Positions 18,233-29,946 of a stretch of DNA of 64,000 nucleotides are shown one piece after another; positions within the stretch are counted from its first letter, which is position 1, and each line of letters opens with the position of its first letter. The stretch comes from Bugula neritina (taxonomy: Eukaryota; Animalia; Bryozoa). The stretch covers positions 9,980,818 to 10,044,817 of the forward strand of contig OZ037772.1 of NCBI GenBank assembly GCA_964035545.1, in the 5' to 3' direction. A model generated the notes under the pieces. That model did not search any database. It was not told the DNA's origin and saw nothing but the letters and a program-made list of their open reading frames with translations. The position numbers and the translations under genes were made by a program.

Positions 18233-21122
18233 TGTTGAGGTAGAGGCTGATGCCATCCTATTTATGGTAATTATTTGGATCAAATAAGTAGAGTTGTAGG
18301 TCAAAAGATTGTTATATTTTATGTATAAGGAAGCGAAGGAACAGGAAAAAGATTGGGGGTAATGTAATAAAAATATCAGTACAGAATATTGAAAGTTATC
18401 CACTCTTGATAATTTAGACATAAGAGAGAATACAATTACTAGTATGAGCATTTATTATAGTATTAGTAGTATGTATATTATAACAATGTTTATTGTCATC
18501 GTAGTGAAGACTGCATCCTACCAACATGCTCTCTCAATCTGTAGCTGGATTTGAGTTGTGTAGCAGCAAAGGTGTAGTCTACTGTAGCCATGACGTAGTA
18601 ATCTTCTAGTAATTTTGGTAGTCTGTTGAGATTGTTAGAGTTGTCTGTTCATTATCAGTAGCTTGCTCTGTTTGCATTGGTGTAGTTTGTACTTCGTCAG
18701 TACATTCAATGTCAGAGTCCTGGTTTATATATATGTATGTTGCAACGTAGTCAGTATGCTATTGTTTCTGCTGTTCAATACATAATTTAGTGTGTTAATG
18801 CCTAGAAAAGTTGACATGCTGATCACGTGCGTAGAGCTTTTGCTTTCTGCTTTCAGTGTAGAATGTACAGGGCAAGCCAAATCTTGTATGTGCTTCATAT
18901 CTAGCTTCCTCTCTGTGAACATCTTTTAAACGGTAGCTCCAGTGCATCTTTGGTAAGCACAATTCCTCAGATGTTGAATGTAGCAAACAATGTAGGGCTA
19001 GCAAGACTTGTGTTATAGGGAAGAGTCAGATACTTAGCATCGGTCCATCTCCAGTAAACTTTGCCATGACTGTTCAGCTTTCCCGTTTTGATATGGAGTG
19101 TAGGGAGCAGTAGTGGAGTGTTTTATGCCATTGTTCCATAGAACAGTTTGAAATGTATTGCTGATATATTCTCCCCTGTTGTCACTATTTTCTTTTACCT
19201 TTCCAATAGGTGCTATGTCAGGAATGAACTTTCTAAGGGCAGTTGTTGCTTCATCTTTTGTGTGTAGAGTGTAGACAAGCAACATGCTAGTGTATTCATC
19301 TATAAAGTTTATCACATATTTGTGTCCTTCGTGTCCCTCCTTCTATCGGTCCACATATATCTGTATGCATACGTTCCAGAGGTTTTGTGGCAAGTTTTGG
19401 AGTAATGTCCTCTGATTTTGGTTGTCATGTAATTTTGTTATCTCTATACATACTTGGCAGTTTGTAGTTTTAGTGTTTTTTACTTTCATTGCTTGTGTCA
19501 CTTTCTCCAAGGATAGAATATCACCATAGTTCATGTGTCCTAAGGCTAGGTGCCATTCATGAAGGGTTTTGGCTGTCAAATTTGAGTCAGCAGGTTTTAT
19601 AGCTTTGTCAAGTTAGCTGTCTGCATGAGGTCTAGTTGCAGTTGTGTGGTAAAGTGTCAGGTCAGTCATAGTGGTTGCAGTCTGCTGCATTGTATTCATA
19701 AGCAAAAAGAATAGATTTCCTTCCTTGATGAAGTTGAAAGTAATGTTGTGGGAAATCAGTTTAGCTGTATTTTTAGTAAACATTACTGCACCTCCTGCAT
19801 CTGTTGCAGCTATTACAGAAAATAGGCTTGCTGCATGGAATTCTGGTGCTAGCAGTGCATTCGTGAGTTTGACTGTATATATGAGGTGTGTTGTTATCCA
19901 GTATGGTGTAATCAGCTACTCCTCTTGCTATAGCCAGTGTGTTGCTGCTGTGACCACCAGTAAGTTGTATATATAATGTTTATTTGGGTCAAAATCTGGG
20001 TCGCAACTTGTAAAGTAGCTTTTGTCATTTACAATGTGGCAAGTGGCTCCGCAGTCAACCAGTATTTTGTGTCTTGTCAAGTTTTGTTTGAGTGATTTGT
20101 GTGTAGTTGTGTCAACATGTGTTAGAGTGGCAGTAAATGTAAAGTTTGTAGGTTGCTGTGTTGATGTTTGTAGTACACTGCGTGTTTTCTTTTTCTAAAA
20201 ACATATGCTTTCAACATGTCCGTTTTTGTGGCAGAAGTTACATGTGAGCTTGGATTTCGATCTACATTCCTTGGTGATGTGGTTGGTGCGCCCATATGAG
20301 AGACATTGTTTGGCAGCTCTTATAGATTCCGTGTTAGCATGGTTGTGTAGAGCAGCTTTAAAGTTTTTTAATGTTTTTCTTGATTCACTTTGTGTGTATA
20401 CTGCCTCAAATGAATTATAAGATGTAGATAATCCTTTTAATAACATAGCTATCACTAAATCATCAGATATAGTGGCACCTGCTAGTCGGAGTCCTGTAGC
20501 AGCACGTTTAGCACGTATTATAGATAGTCAGTCACGTTTCCAGTGTCAGTCATAGTAATGGCAGTTGTCAGAGCATTACATCTATTGTGCTCAGCATCAT
20601 TCATTTAACGAGAATTGAAGTGATTTTTTATCTAGGTCTTGTACCAACTCAGCATATATCCTCTTCCTTTTTTCTGATTGAAATCTGTGTCTTCATTTTT
20701 ATCACTTGGTGGAGGAAGGGTGGATTTGTGTACGGCTGCACTGTCCAGTGTATATAAATAGTTTATAAATTGTGTTTCCTAATTTTTGTAAGATGTATAG
20801 AGTCTCCATTAAATTGTAGTTTGCTTCTGGGTCCATAACCTGTTGAGCTAGAGGCTGATGCCATCCTATTTATGTTAATTATTTAGATTAAATAAGTAGA
20901 GTTGTAGGTCACAAGATCGCTACATTTTATGTATAAGGAAGAGAAGGAACAGGAAAAGGAATGGGGGTAATGTAATAAAAATATCAGTACAGAATATTGA
21001 AAGTTATCCACTCTTGATAATTGGATATTTAAATAATTACTAGTATGAGCATTTATTAGTATTATAGTAGTCTTATAATAATGTTTATTGTCTTTAGAGC
21101 ATAAGATTGCATCCTATCAACA
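18233..21122 (-). mobile_element. Ty1/copia LTR retrotransposon, degenerate, lacking RT and RNase H
   Basis: LTRs at 18233-18526 and 20841-21122 (TG...CA); TSD ATTGT/ATTAT; PBS GGTTATGGACCCAG next to the 5' LTR; purine tract AGATTGAGAGAGCA before the 3' LTR. Coding remnants in copia order, with frameshifts and stops: gag zinc knuckle CNFCHKNGHVESIC, protease ILVDCGATCHI (about 20031-20068), WHLALGHMN, and integrase core (FIDEYT..SDNRGEY..APYTPYQNGKAE). Confidence 0.92.
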
Positions 21123-21890
21123 ATTATTGCATTGACTCCCTCAACTAGCATTGATGTGTGCAATGTATATTGATTTTTTTCTATTAACAAGCTTTTTGAA
21201 CAAAGAAAATCTACCAATGGATTTCTTTTTGTTCAACAAATTACATGCAAAAGTTCACAAGTATATTGCACTATAAGCTTTCACTGCCTGTGTTTTTTGC
21301 AGTAGATGGTATTTAATTGAGTTGCATCAAGTCTTCTATATGGTGGTGATAGATTGGAATAGCTGCAAGTGAAAGTTGATTTTTATTGCTGATATTTCCT
21401 GCATTTATCTATTGCAACTGTTGATGAGTTAGCAGTTCACTTTAATTTGTAAAAGTTACTCTGCATAATTAAGTCTGCACTACATTCTACATTCTATGTA
21501 AACTATAGGTTTACAAAAGCTTTGTGTTTATGGTGGGGATGCATCTGTCACGAATGACAACTCATGGCTATAACGCTTCAGTCAACATCTGTGATGTTTT
21601 TGTTTGGTGGCATGCGTTTATGACTTAGGTGACCACCATGAATTTTTGAGCTTTCTTATTTGATCCTTTTAATTTTTCCTATTTTGATATAATGTGCAGT
21701 GATGAGCTTACCCAGAGGTCTTGGGTTTGCACCCCAGTGAGGGCAATTATTTTACAAGCTACTTCAGTGTAGTGTAGTAGTACACCAAAGGAGTTGCGTG
21801 GTCAGGGAGCCTGACAATTGAAAGAGTAGTAAATAGGCCAGTAGAGTTCTTGAAAACGTAGGTGGGATGTAGTGTTGAGTTTGCCCAGCA

Positions 21891-21962
21891 GCCCCTGTGG
21901 TGTAATTGGTTAGCACACTTGCTTGCAAGCCAGAGGTCTGTAGTTTGAATCCCAAAGGGGCA
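21891..21962 (+). pseudogene. tRNA-like pseudogene or head of a second SINE family
   Basis: GCCCCT/AGGGGC acceptor stem, A-box TGGTGTAATTGG, B-box-like GTTTGAATCC; the T-stem is unpaired. A second 3'-half copy lies at about 21711-21745. Confidence 0.5.
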
Positions 21963-24619
21963 AATATTTCCATAATCATCATTTCAAATACCACTAAAAC
22001 CAACTATAGTTATATGTTTTTGAATCATCGTACATAACATATCACCTTATGAGATAGCTATATATTTAGAGTGAGGTAAATTAAAAAATAAACAAACAAA
22101 TTGCGCTGAGCAAAAGTTGGATCTTATAGATTTTGGTTCCACTCTACTTCCGTCCTTATGTACATGTCGGCTTCATAGTTATTCCCAAATCTACAACCAA
22201 AACTTTTGAAAATAAAGGTTTAATTGTACAACACATACTACAACCCATGCTAAGCTCTCAATTCCTGAGGGTAAATCCTTAACAACAAAGCAAAGTTATT
22301 ATTTATACCATTGCATGTAGTCTAAATTGTATAATAGTTATGTTGATATGTTGCCATCATTATTTTCCTGCTGCAAATTAATTTTTTAATACTACATTAA
22401 GCCTTGTTTTTGCCATAAGTACAAGAAGAAAATAGCAATTTTCATAAGTTAAACAGTCTAAATGTTAGAATTTTAAAAAATTTAGCTGTATTTTAATTCA
22501 TAAATTCAAAATATTACTGCATTGTGAAGCAACTTATAACATTATTTATGAAGTTGTTAAAAAACTGTAAGCTTGCTATAGCAGTTTATATGCTTAACTT
22601 CACATTTACACAATATAAATGATGTATGGTCATTTTTATGTGCTAGTTTTTAGCTTATTCGATATCTGTTGATCCAATGTTATCAATGTCTATCTTTAGG
22701 TGTTTCCCTTTAAAAGATTGCAAGAGAAAACGAATTTTCATTGAGACAAAAGATGGCTTCTTCTAGTATGTATTTGTGTGGTCTTATAAATTTTTGTGCC
22801 AGCATTGCATTTTGTGTATATATAATATTTATGCATTTTTACCTTTTTTACCTAACTCATCTAATCATTTCTTTATAACCCTATACATTAATTTGATACC
22901 CACTCACTTGACTTAATTTAAGTGCTAAGCTAGTTTCTACACACATTCTCTGTAAATCTTTATAAAACTATCACAGGCAATAATTCGGATGAAGATATTT
23001 TCCCTCCTGTTAATAAGAAGCAAAAACATCAATCAGGCTTGTCCACATTTAACACAATAAATTCACTTTTTATCACAAAAACCTTTGCTAACGGCATCCA
23101 ATGTAAAAAGTGAAATCAGTTATTCAATTTTTAAATCGAAAGACAAAAATAAGTATTAATAACTATTGTTTCACAGCTTTTGCATTTATCACAGTTTTAC
23201 TCTATCAAAACTACTATAATCTAGAGATTTTGTAGCTGCACAGAATAAATTGTGCTTTACAAAATGTGTTTTGTAATATTTTCTAAATATTTCCACCTAA
23301 TATTTGGTCAACTGCTACAGGTTTATATCATTTTCTTGATAAACACTATTTCGATGAACGCTCCTCCTCAGATGATGAATACACATACCTTCCATCCCAA
23401 TACCGAGCATTAAACAATTCACCTTCTTTTGCCAAGCAGAACCGGTTCTACAACTTTTATTACTAAATACTTTAAACTATCATTAACTTTGACAATAATT
23501 ACGGCTCATCACATCGGCTAAATATAGCTCGCACAAAATACATCTAGAACAACTCCCACTCAGTTTGTCTCAAGCTTTATATGACACTGATTTTGTACTG
23601 CTTAAACTTGTAAAAATAGATCATAATCACTGCGCGGAATAAATTGAAAATATGAATGCACACAAGGAAGCACCTATAAATCAAACTATTAAAATTTAAT
23701 AAAATGTTGAATCACAATTTGCTAAAATACATAGGCAGTAAAAGGATACTTCAAGTATTGAAATTAATTAGATTAATTCTTAAAGTTTTGGATTAAATTA
23801 CTGAAATATTATTACTTAATTTATAACTATAGCAGTGTTTTTTGTGATAATAGAAATATTAATCTCATGCATATTATTAATCAGTTCTGACAACATTGAA
23901 GCAAACCTCTTAGGACATTTAATTTAATATGATGATTGTTTATTGGTAATATTAATTTAAATACCATTTTTAGATTAATTGAGAACTTATATGTATTATA
24001 ATAATTTAGATAGAAAACTGCTTGGCATTGGCTCCTTTGGGTCAGTATACAGAGTGCATGACACTATAAGTAAAGGAATACTGGCTGTTAAGACAATCGA
24101 CCTCGGTCTAGTGGAAAGCTCTGAGTATGAACAGGTATAGCAAGAAACTGCCAAACTTCATTAGTAACACAATAAAACACTTTACCATATAGCATCGATG
24201 CTGCAACAGTGAGTTCTTTTTATAAAAATACTTCCATATTTTTGTAGTCACAATTAATACTTTCGAATTACTGTTTACTTTGTGCTTAAAATGTAATTTA
24301 TTTTTAGAACAATACTAAAGCCATGAAAGAAGTTGAAGCAATGGAACAACTAAAACATGAGAGAATAGTTCAATATATCAGACATGAAGTGAAACATGAT
24401 GACCGTGTCCCAGGTATTCGTCTTGTCAATTATTTCTCCTTCAAAGATTTGTGTATTTAAAAATATAAATGTCAACATTCAAATTTTTACATTGTGCTCA
24501 TTTTATATCTGACCAGTGCAAAATGTTTCTTTTTATGTGTATGTTTTCTGCTTATGTTGATTATTGGTCGAGTTTTACTTAAAAAAGTAATGTAAAACAA
24601 TTTTTTAAAGCTGGGCTAA

Positions 24620-25040
24620 ATAGGGCCTAAATGTGCTGAACATTGTGAGTGCAGAAAAAATGCAAAAGAGGCCTAAATGTGCTGAAAAATGACTAAGTTT
24701 GCTAATATTTGCTGAAAAACGATTAAGCATGCTGAATAATGCTGAAAAGTGCCTAAATGTGTACTAAAAAAAAGGTTAGAAAGTGCTATGAATTGCTATA
24801 GTGTTTGAATGGGTTAAAAAATGCCTAAATATGCAAAAATAGTGCTGGAAAGTGCTTAAATGTGCTGAAAAATGCTAAAGTGCATATATAGACGTGCTAA
24901 CATTAGTTGATTAATGCCTAAATCTGCTAAAAAATGTCTAAATCTGCTGATATTTGCTGAAAAACGATTAAGCATGCTGAATAATGCTGAAAAGTTTGTA
25001 AATGTGCTAAAAAATGCTAAATGTGCTACAAGGTGCTTCA
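24620..25040. repeat. Degenerate about 20-bp tandem repeat
   Basis: Recurrent CCTAAATGTGCTGAAAAATG. Confidence 0.7.
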
Positions 25041-25225
25041 AGTAATGTGTTAATTGGTCTCAAATAAAATGTTTATATTGCTGATAAGTCTGTTTAAACT
25101 GAAAATGTAAGGGAATTTTGAAAAATGAGTAAAATTGATCTGAAGGCTATATTTCTTGAATGAATGCTAAAAACAAAGAACAATCCTTAACTGGATTCGG
25201 ATCATTATGCAATTTCATCTTTCAA

Positions 25226-28134
25226 CACAGTTAGTTTAAGGTCATTACTTTCCAGATGCAGGCACTGCTTTATGTTATATATAAACGGTTTCCAGGGGAT
25301 AGCTCGAACAGTTTTTGTCTCACATTAACAAATTTTACATGAAAAGATAGCTCTTGCATTCTTCTTTCATATACTTTTTTAATTTTTCAATAAAAATTTT
25401 TTTGAGAAAGTTGCTGCATAATAAGTAAAATTTTACACCCTCCATGTTCCACTGCTGTAGCACAGGGGATTCATTTTATAAAGTCTAAAAGTTAAACTTG
25501 ACATTCCTTAATATGTTTTCTCTAATATACTTTCTTTGTTTTTTGAAATTCTGTTTATGCTCTTCACAATTTGGTAAAAACATACACCATTTTGCAAGTT
25601 TCACTGCAATTATCTAAATTCTTCATATGGTGGTTCTAGCTACGCTCCTGTGACTAATTATAACATTCCTAGTACGTTTGCCGCTCTGCGCTATCACAAT
25701 AACATATAGTACCCTCTCGCACAAATTGGCAATCTATTGGATTTCTGCCAATATAATGTTCCCTGTTTTACATTAGCACTTAGCTGAATCATCTCACTAT
25801 GTTACAATCTATTGACAATGCCTCAGCACAACATAATTCTTTGTTTGTTTGGCAGAGTTAATTTCAGCTAAATCACTTCACTTTGCAGTCTTGTCAGTAA
25901 AGGTCTGTCTATAGTGCAGCAGTTGTACTTCCAGTTTCTCTAATTCACATATGATTATTTTAAGTACATTGTATTCTATAAGATCAATTTAAAGTTTAGC
26001 CCAGTGTTCAGTAGCTAAGTATTATGCATGTATGTTGTCTTACTGTTGAACAAAAGTTAAAAAAAACTTTACAATTATAGCCATATTTATTATACATGCG
26101 TAGGATTTGCATAAATTGACAAAAAAAAATGCAGCATACTAGGATTGAACCATGACCAACCAGCTTCTCGCTGACGCCTTTAACCTCTAGACCACGCAGT
26201 CACCGTTAATAAATTGTCAACTATATGAGTAACTATGAGTACATAAATATTTTGCGCGCAAATGGGTTATAATTATTAGGCTGTCAATTCATGTTGATAG
26301 CAGTCAACTGTTGCAATAGTCTCGGGTAAGCCTAGGGCCACACTGTGCGTATTTTCGCATGCGAAAATTAAAATCACGGGTAGCAAAGGTGTCCACTGTA
26401 GCGTCAGTGATGCGTGATAAATAAAGCTTTCATTTTTAAATCGCACTCGCTTTCAATAAAACGCAATTTACTGGAATGTAGGGCTAAAATAAAGAAATTG
26501 GGCTCGCTTAATAATACCAGCCAATTAGGTGACGACGACAGAGACGATTCGCACTTGCGTTGAAAATGCAGAGCGACAAGTGCGAATGTTTTCTCAACGC
26601 GCACAGTGGACACCTTTGCTACTTGTGATTTCAATTTTCGCATGCGAAAATACGCGCCGTGTGGCCCTAGGCTTACTAGCAAAGCTAATGGTTTTGAACA
26701 AATAACCCAAAAGTTTAAAAATAAGTAGCTTGCGTATTACTAGCTACAAAAACAGGTCTGAAATAGACTGGTAAAGCAAGCTCTTATTGTAGAGTTTGCA
26801 GATGTGCTCTAAAATAAAACTCAAACTGTATGCTATTACATAAGTATTTGTATGCGAGAGATATAAATGGACATTACTGAGTTTCTGGAAAACAACATAC
26901 TTGAAGTTAACTTTGACAATGGTGTTTTCTTTTCATCATAGCTAGCCTATAGCATAAATCTCTAATCATATGAATCTTTATGAAGCCCACAGCTCATGTA
27001 AGGGTGGCAATGTAATTTGAAACGAACAATTATGTTGCTGCATTGTGTCTAAGGTATATTAGAGAGCAGAATTTGGTTTTACTAGCCTGCCCCAACGGCA
27101 TTCTACAATGCAGCTTATATGCTGGCAGTTGTAATAAGTACAGCCGATAGCAAGGTTACTATCACTGCTAGCTCTGTGCAGTATGTAACCTCTTGAATAA
27201 TTGCGGCAATTTTAAACTCTTGGAAGTTGGCCAAGTTATCATATCGCAGCCAGCCACCGGAAACAAAGCTTCAGAGCTATTCATATAATATTATACTGAT
27301 GCACTTGGTAGCAGAGTGGCTAATCTAATATAGTTCATAGTTCAACACCCTTTACTTTGGGAATACAGCCTCTTTTTTTAGGTTTACCTTACAAAGCATG
27401 AACATATCTAAACTGATATTCTGATAATTTAGAGGTACATTTTGAAAACTAGGTTAATTGCACTTGTTTGCACAACAACAATAATAAAATAGATATTATG
27501 CAGTATAATAAAAACACACATAATACTATATAATATATTATAATGATAATAATATAATATTATAAGTACCATTACTGCATTTTATAAATCACATGGTTGC
27601 CAAAAAAATGTATCACAAATTTTGTAATTATACATCAAAAATAGAACTATAGCTAGGCAGCAGGTTAGAATAGAGTAAATTTTTAAAACATGAAATCATG
27701 ATTTGACTATTGTTTTATTTAGGCCAACCAACCTAGGAGTACAAGATTGGGTTTTAGCTGACAGTTTATAACATTTAGCTTTTGAGCCAGCAGCACTGGC
27801 ACTTGTGAAGTATAGGCAAAGTTAGTGAAGCGAGACTAACAAGCACTCAAATACAAGGCATATTGAGACGCAATAACAAGTCAGGAGCGTATAAATTGAA
27901 AAGAATGTGGAAGGGGGACTATGTTTTTCAACAAGCTATAACTTAAACATGAATTGGCTTTTGAAAAAAATAAAAAAGTATATTGGAGAACATAAGTTTC
28001 TTTATCTTTTTATATTTTTTTTGTTCCTGTGACATTCAACCTGTTCGAGCTATCAGTGGAACATTGTTCATATAGAACATAAAGCACCTGGCAAAGAGCC
28101 AGAAAATGAAAAGTGTGACCTTAAACTAACTGTG
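25226..28134 (+). mobile_element. Non-autonomous TIR DNA transposon (CACAG termini, 2-bp TSD; CMC/EnSpm-like), copy A
   Basis: TIR CACAGTTAGTTTAAGGTCA...TGACCTTAAACTAACTGTG; TSD AA/AA; no transposase ORF; lies in an intron of kinase copy 2. Confidence 0.85.
26329..26673. mobile_element. MITE nested in copy A (Harbinger-like or TA-targeting)
   Basis: About 70-bp imperfect TIRs AGCCTAGGGCCACAC...TTTTCGCATGCGAAAA...GTGTCCACTGT, flanked by TA (or TAA/TTA). Absent from copy B at the equivalent site (about 31415). Confidence 0.85.
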
Positions 28135-28371
28135 AATTTGCTTGAGCCATAAAACTACATTATTAAGTAATGGTGTCATTATTCACCATATATTTAATAT
28201 ATTAGAAATTATCATACTATATTATTGCATGTTCAATAACTGATCACAGAATGGAGAGCCTGCACTTTGACTGAGATTTAACATTTCCATGTTTTCACAG
28301 TGTAATTTTTCCCAATGACATAATAATATTATGTCAACATGTAAGTCACACTGTGAAAAACAATTAGAAAA

Positions 28372-28562
28372 CTCATGCAAGTTTATAGTCACTATCCCTG
28401 TGAAAAAACCTCTAACGGAAAGGCTAAGGAATCATTTAAATATAGTACAGAAGCTGTTGTGACTGAATGCTTCTACTAACATCATCAATGATATTTGTCA
28501 ATGTGCAAACCCATGACCTCTATTTACTAAGCATGTGCTCTAACCCCTAGACCATGGCTACT
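28372..28562 (-). mobile_element. Degenerate SINE copy
   Basis: Family similarity (CTAACCCCTAGACCA, CAAGTTTATAGTCACTATCCCTGTGA). Confidence 0.65.
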
Positions 28563-29946
28563 CTGTACTTCAGGAAATAAAATGCTGTAAACTATTTAGA
28601 TGGTAATTAAAGCATGGACCTGCAGAAGATTCTAATATGTACTGCCAGATAGTATAGTACCCAACAGTTTTTTTATCTATCAACATGCTTTCACATGTTT
28701 ATAACAGAAAAGACGGTATTGCATATTTACATGGAGTACATGGCTGGAGGGACAATAAGCAAGCGTCTAAATTCTTCTGGCCCCTTCACTGAAAAAGAGA
28801 CCAAACGATGTATGAGACAAATACTGGAGGGCCTGGCATATCTTCACGGGCTAAATATATTACACCGGGATGTCAAAGGTGAATATTGTTTCTGGAATGT
28901 AGTAATTATATCTTCTGTTGAAAAGATTTTTTTGCTTATTGTATCAGTTTTTCAATATTGATGTTTAATATGAGCTGTAATCAAGGAGTGGAAATCTGTA
29001 TTGGTGAGAGAATAAAAATGCAGCATGTATTTGATTAAGTGAAGATTATTGCAAATTTTCTTTTATAGAAAGTTTTGCAAATTTCCATTTTTAATTTGAT
29101 ACTTGTTTAAAATAAATGCTGTAGTGTTTGCTATATTTTTATTTACCTTTTTCCAACAGCTAAATTTTATTTACCATTAGTAATTAATGTCATGACATTG
29201 ACTATTCATATCAATTTAAGCTATTAGTGCTATTTAGTGCTATAATATTGGTAAAATTGAGTAAAATGGAAAAGAAAGAAAAATTTCAGACTTGGTAATA
29301 TAAACATGAGTCCGATTCTGAACTTTCTCCCCGTATAGAGCTTCACCACATACCATAGTTTACTCAGTATCACCACAAGCCTTATATCAACATATGTTGC
29401 AGGTTCAAACATTTTATTTGATGAGAATGACAACATAAAGCTGTCAGATTTTGGTTTATCCAAACAGTTGAGCAATCTCTCTACATACTCCAGTACAGCA
29501 GCCAGAACCAACACAGGTCTTGTTGGAACTGCAAACTGGATGGCGCCTGAGGTTTTTGCGGAGAAGAAGTATGGCGTAAAGGCTGATATTTGGTACATAA
29601 CATAAGCATACATTGATATTGAATTATGCATTACACATGCCTGTGATAATATTCTTATTATTTATTGGTAGGAAGTATTAGCATGGTATGTAGTTGCTAT
29701 ACATACATTACATCATCATGTATCGCTGTTACACAAATTATGCCTGATTTAAAAAAAAACTAATATCACTTTTATTATTTAGATGTCATCATCAGAAACA
29801 ATCCCATGTCAAGTAAAACACTACATCTTTTAATGATGACACATGAAATCACAATGTTGTCAAACATGGCTGGAGTTGTCATTTTTAAGCAGTTTGATTA
29901 CTCTTTTAAGTAATATTGTCGAACATTTTAACTACTAAATTGCAGG

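Noticed and set aside
21891-21962. Functional tRNA gene
   Set aside because: The T-stem and anticodon stem are mispaired and the B-box is mutated; treated as a pseudo-tRNA or SINE head.
29230-29631. 133-aa minus-strand ORF
   Set aside because: It is the antisense shadow of the kinase DFG-APE exon.
28135-29946. Inversion of the segment between the inverted transposons
   Set aside because: The exons remain in sense orientation and each element retains its own matching TSD.
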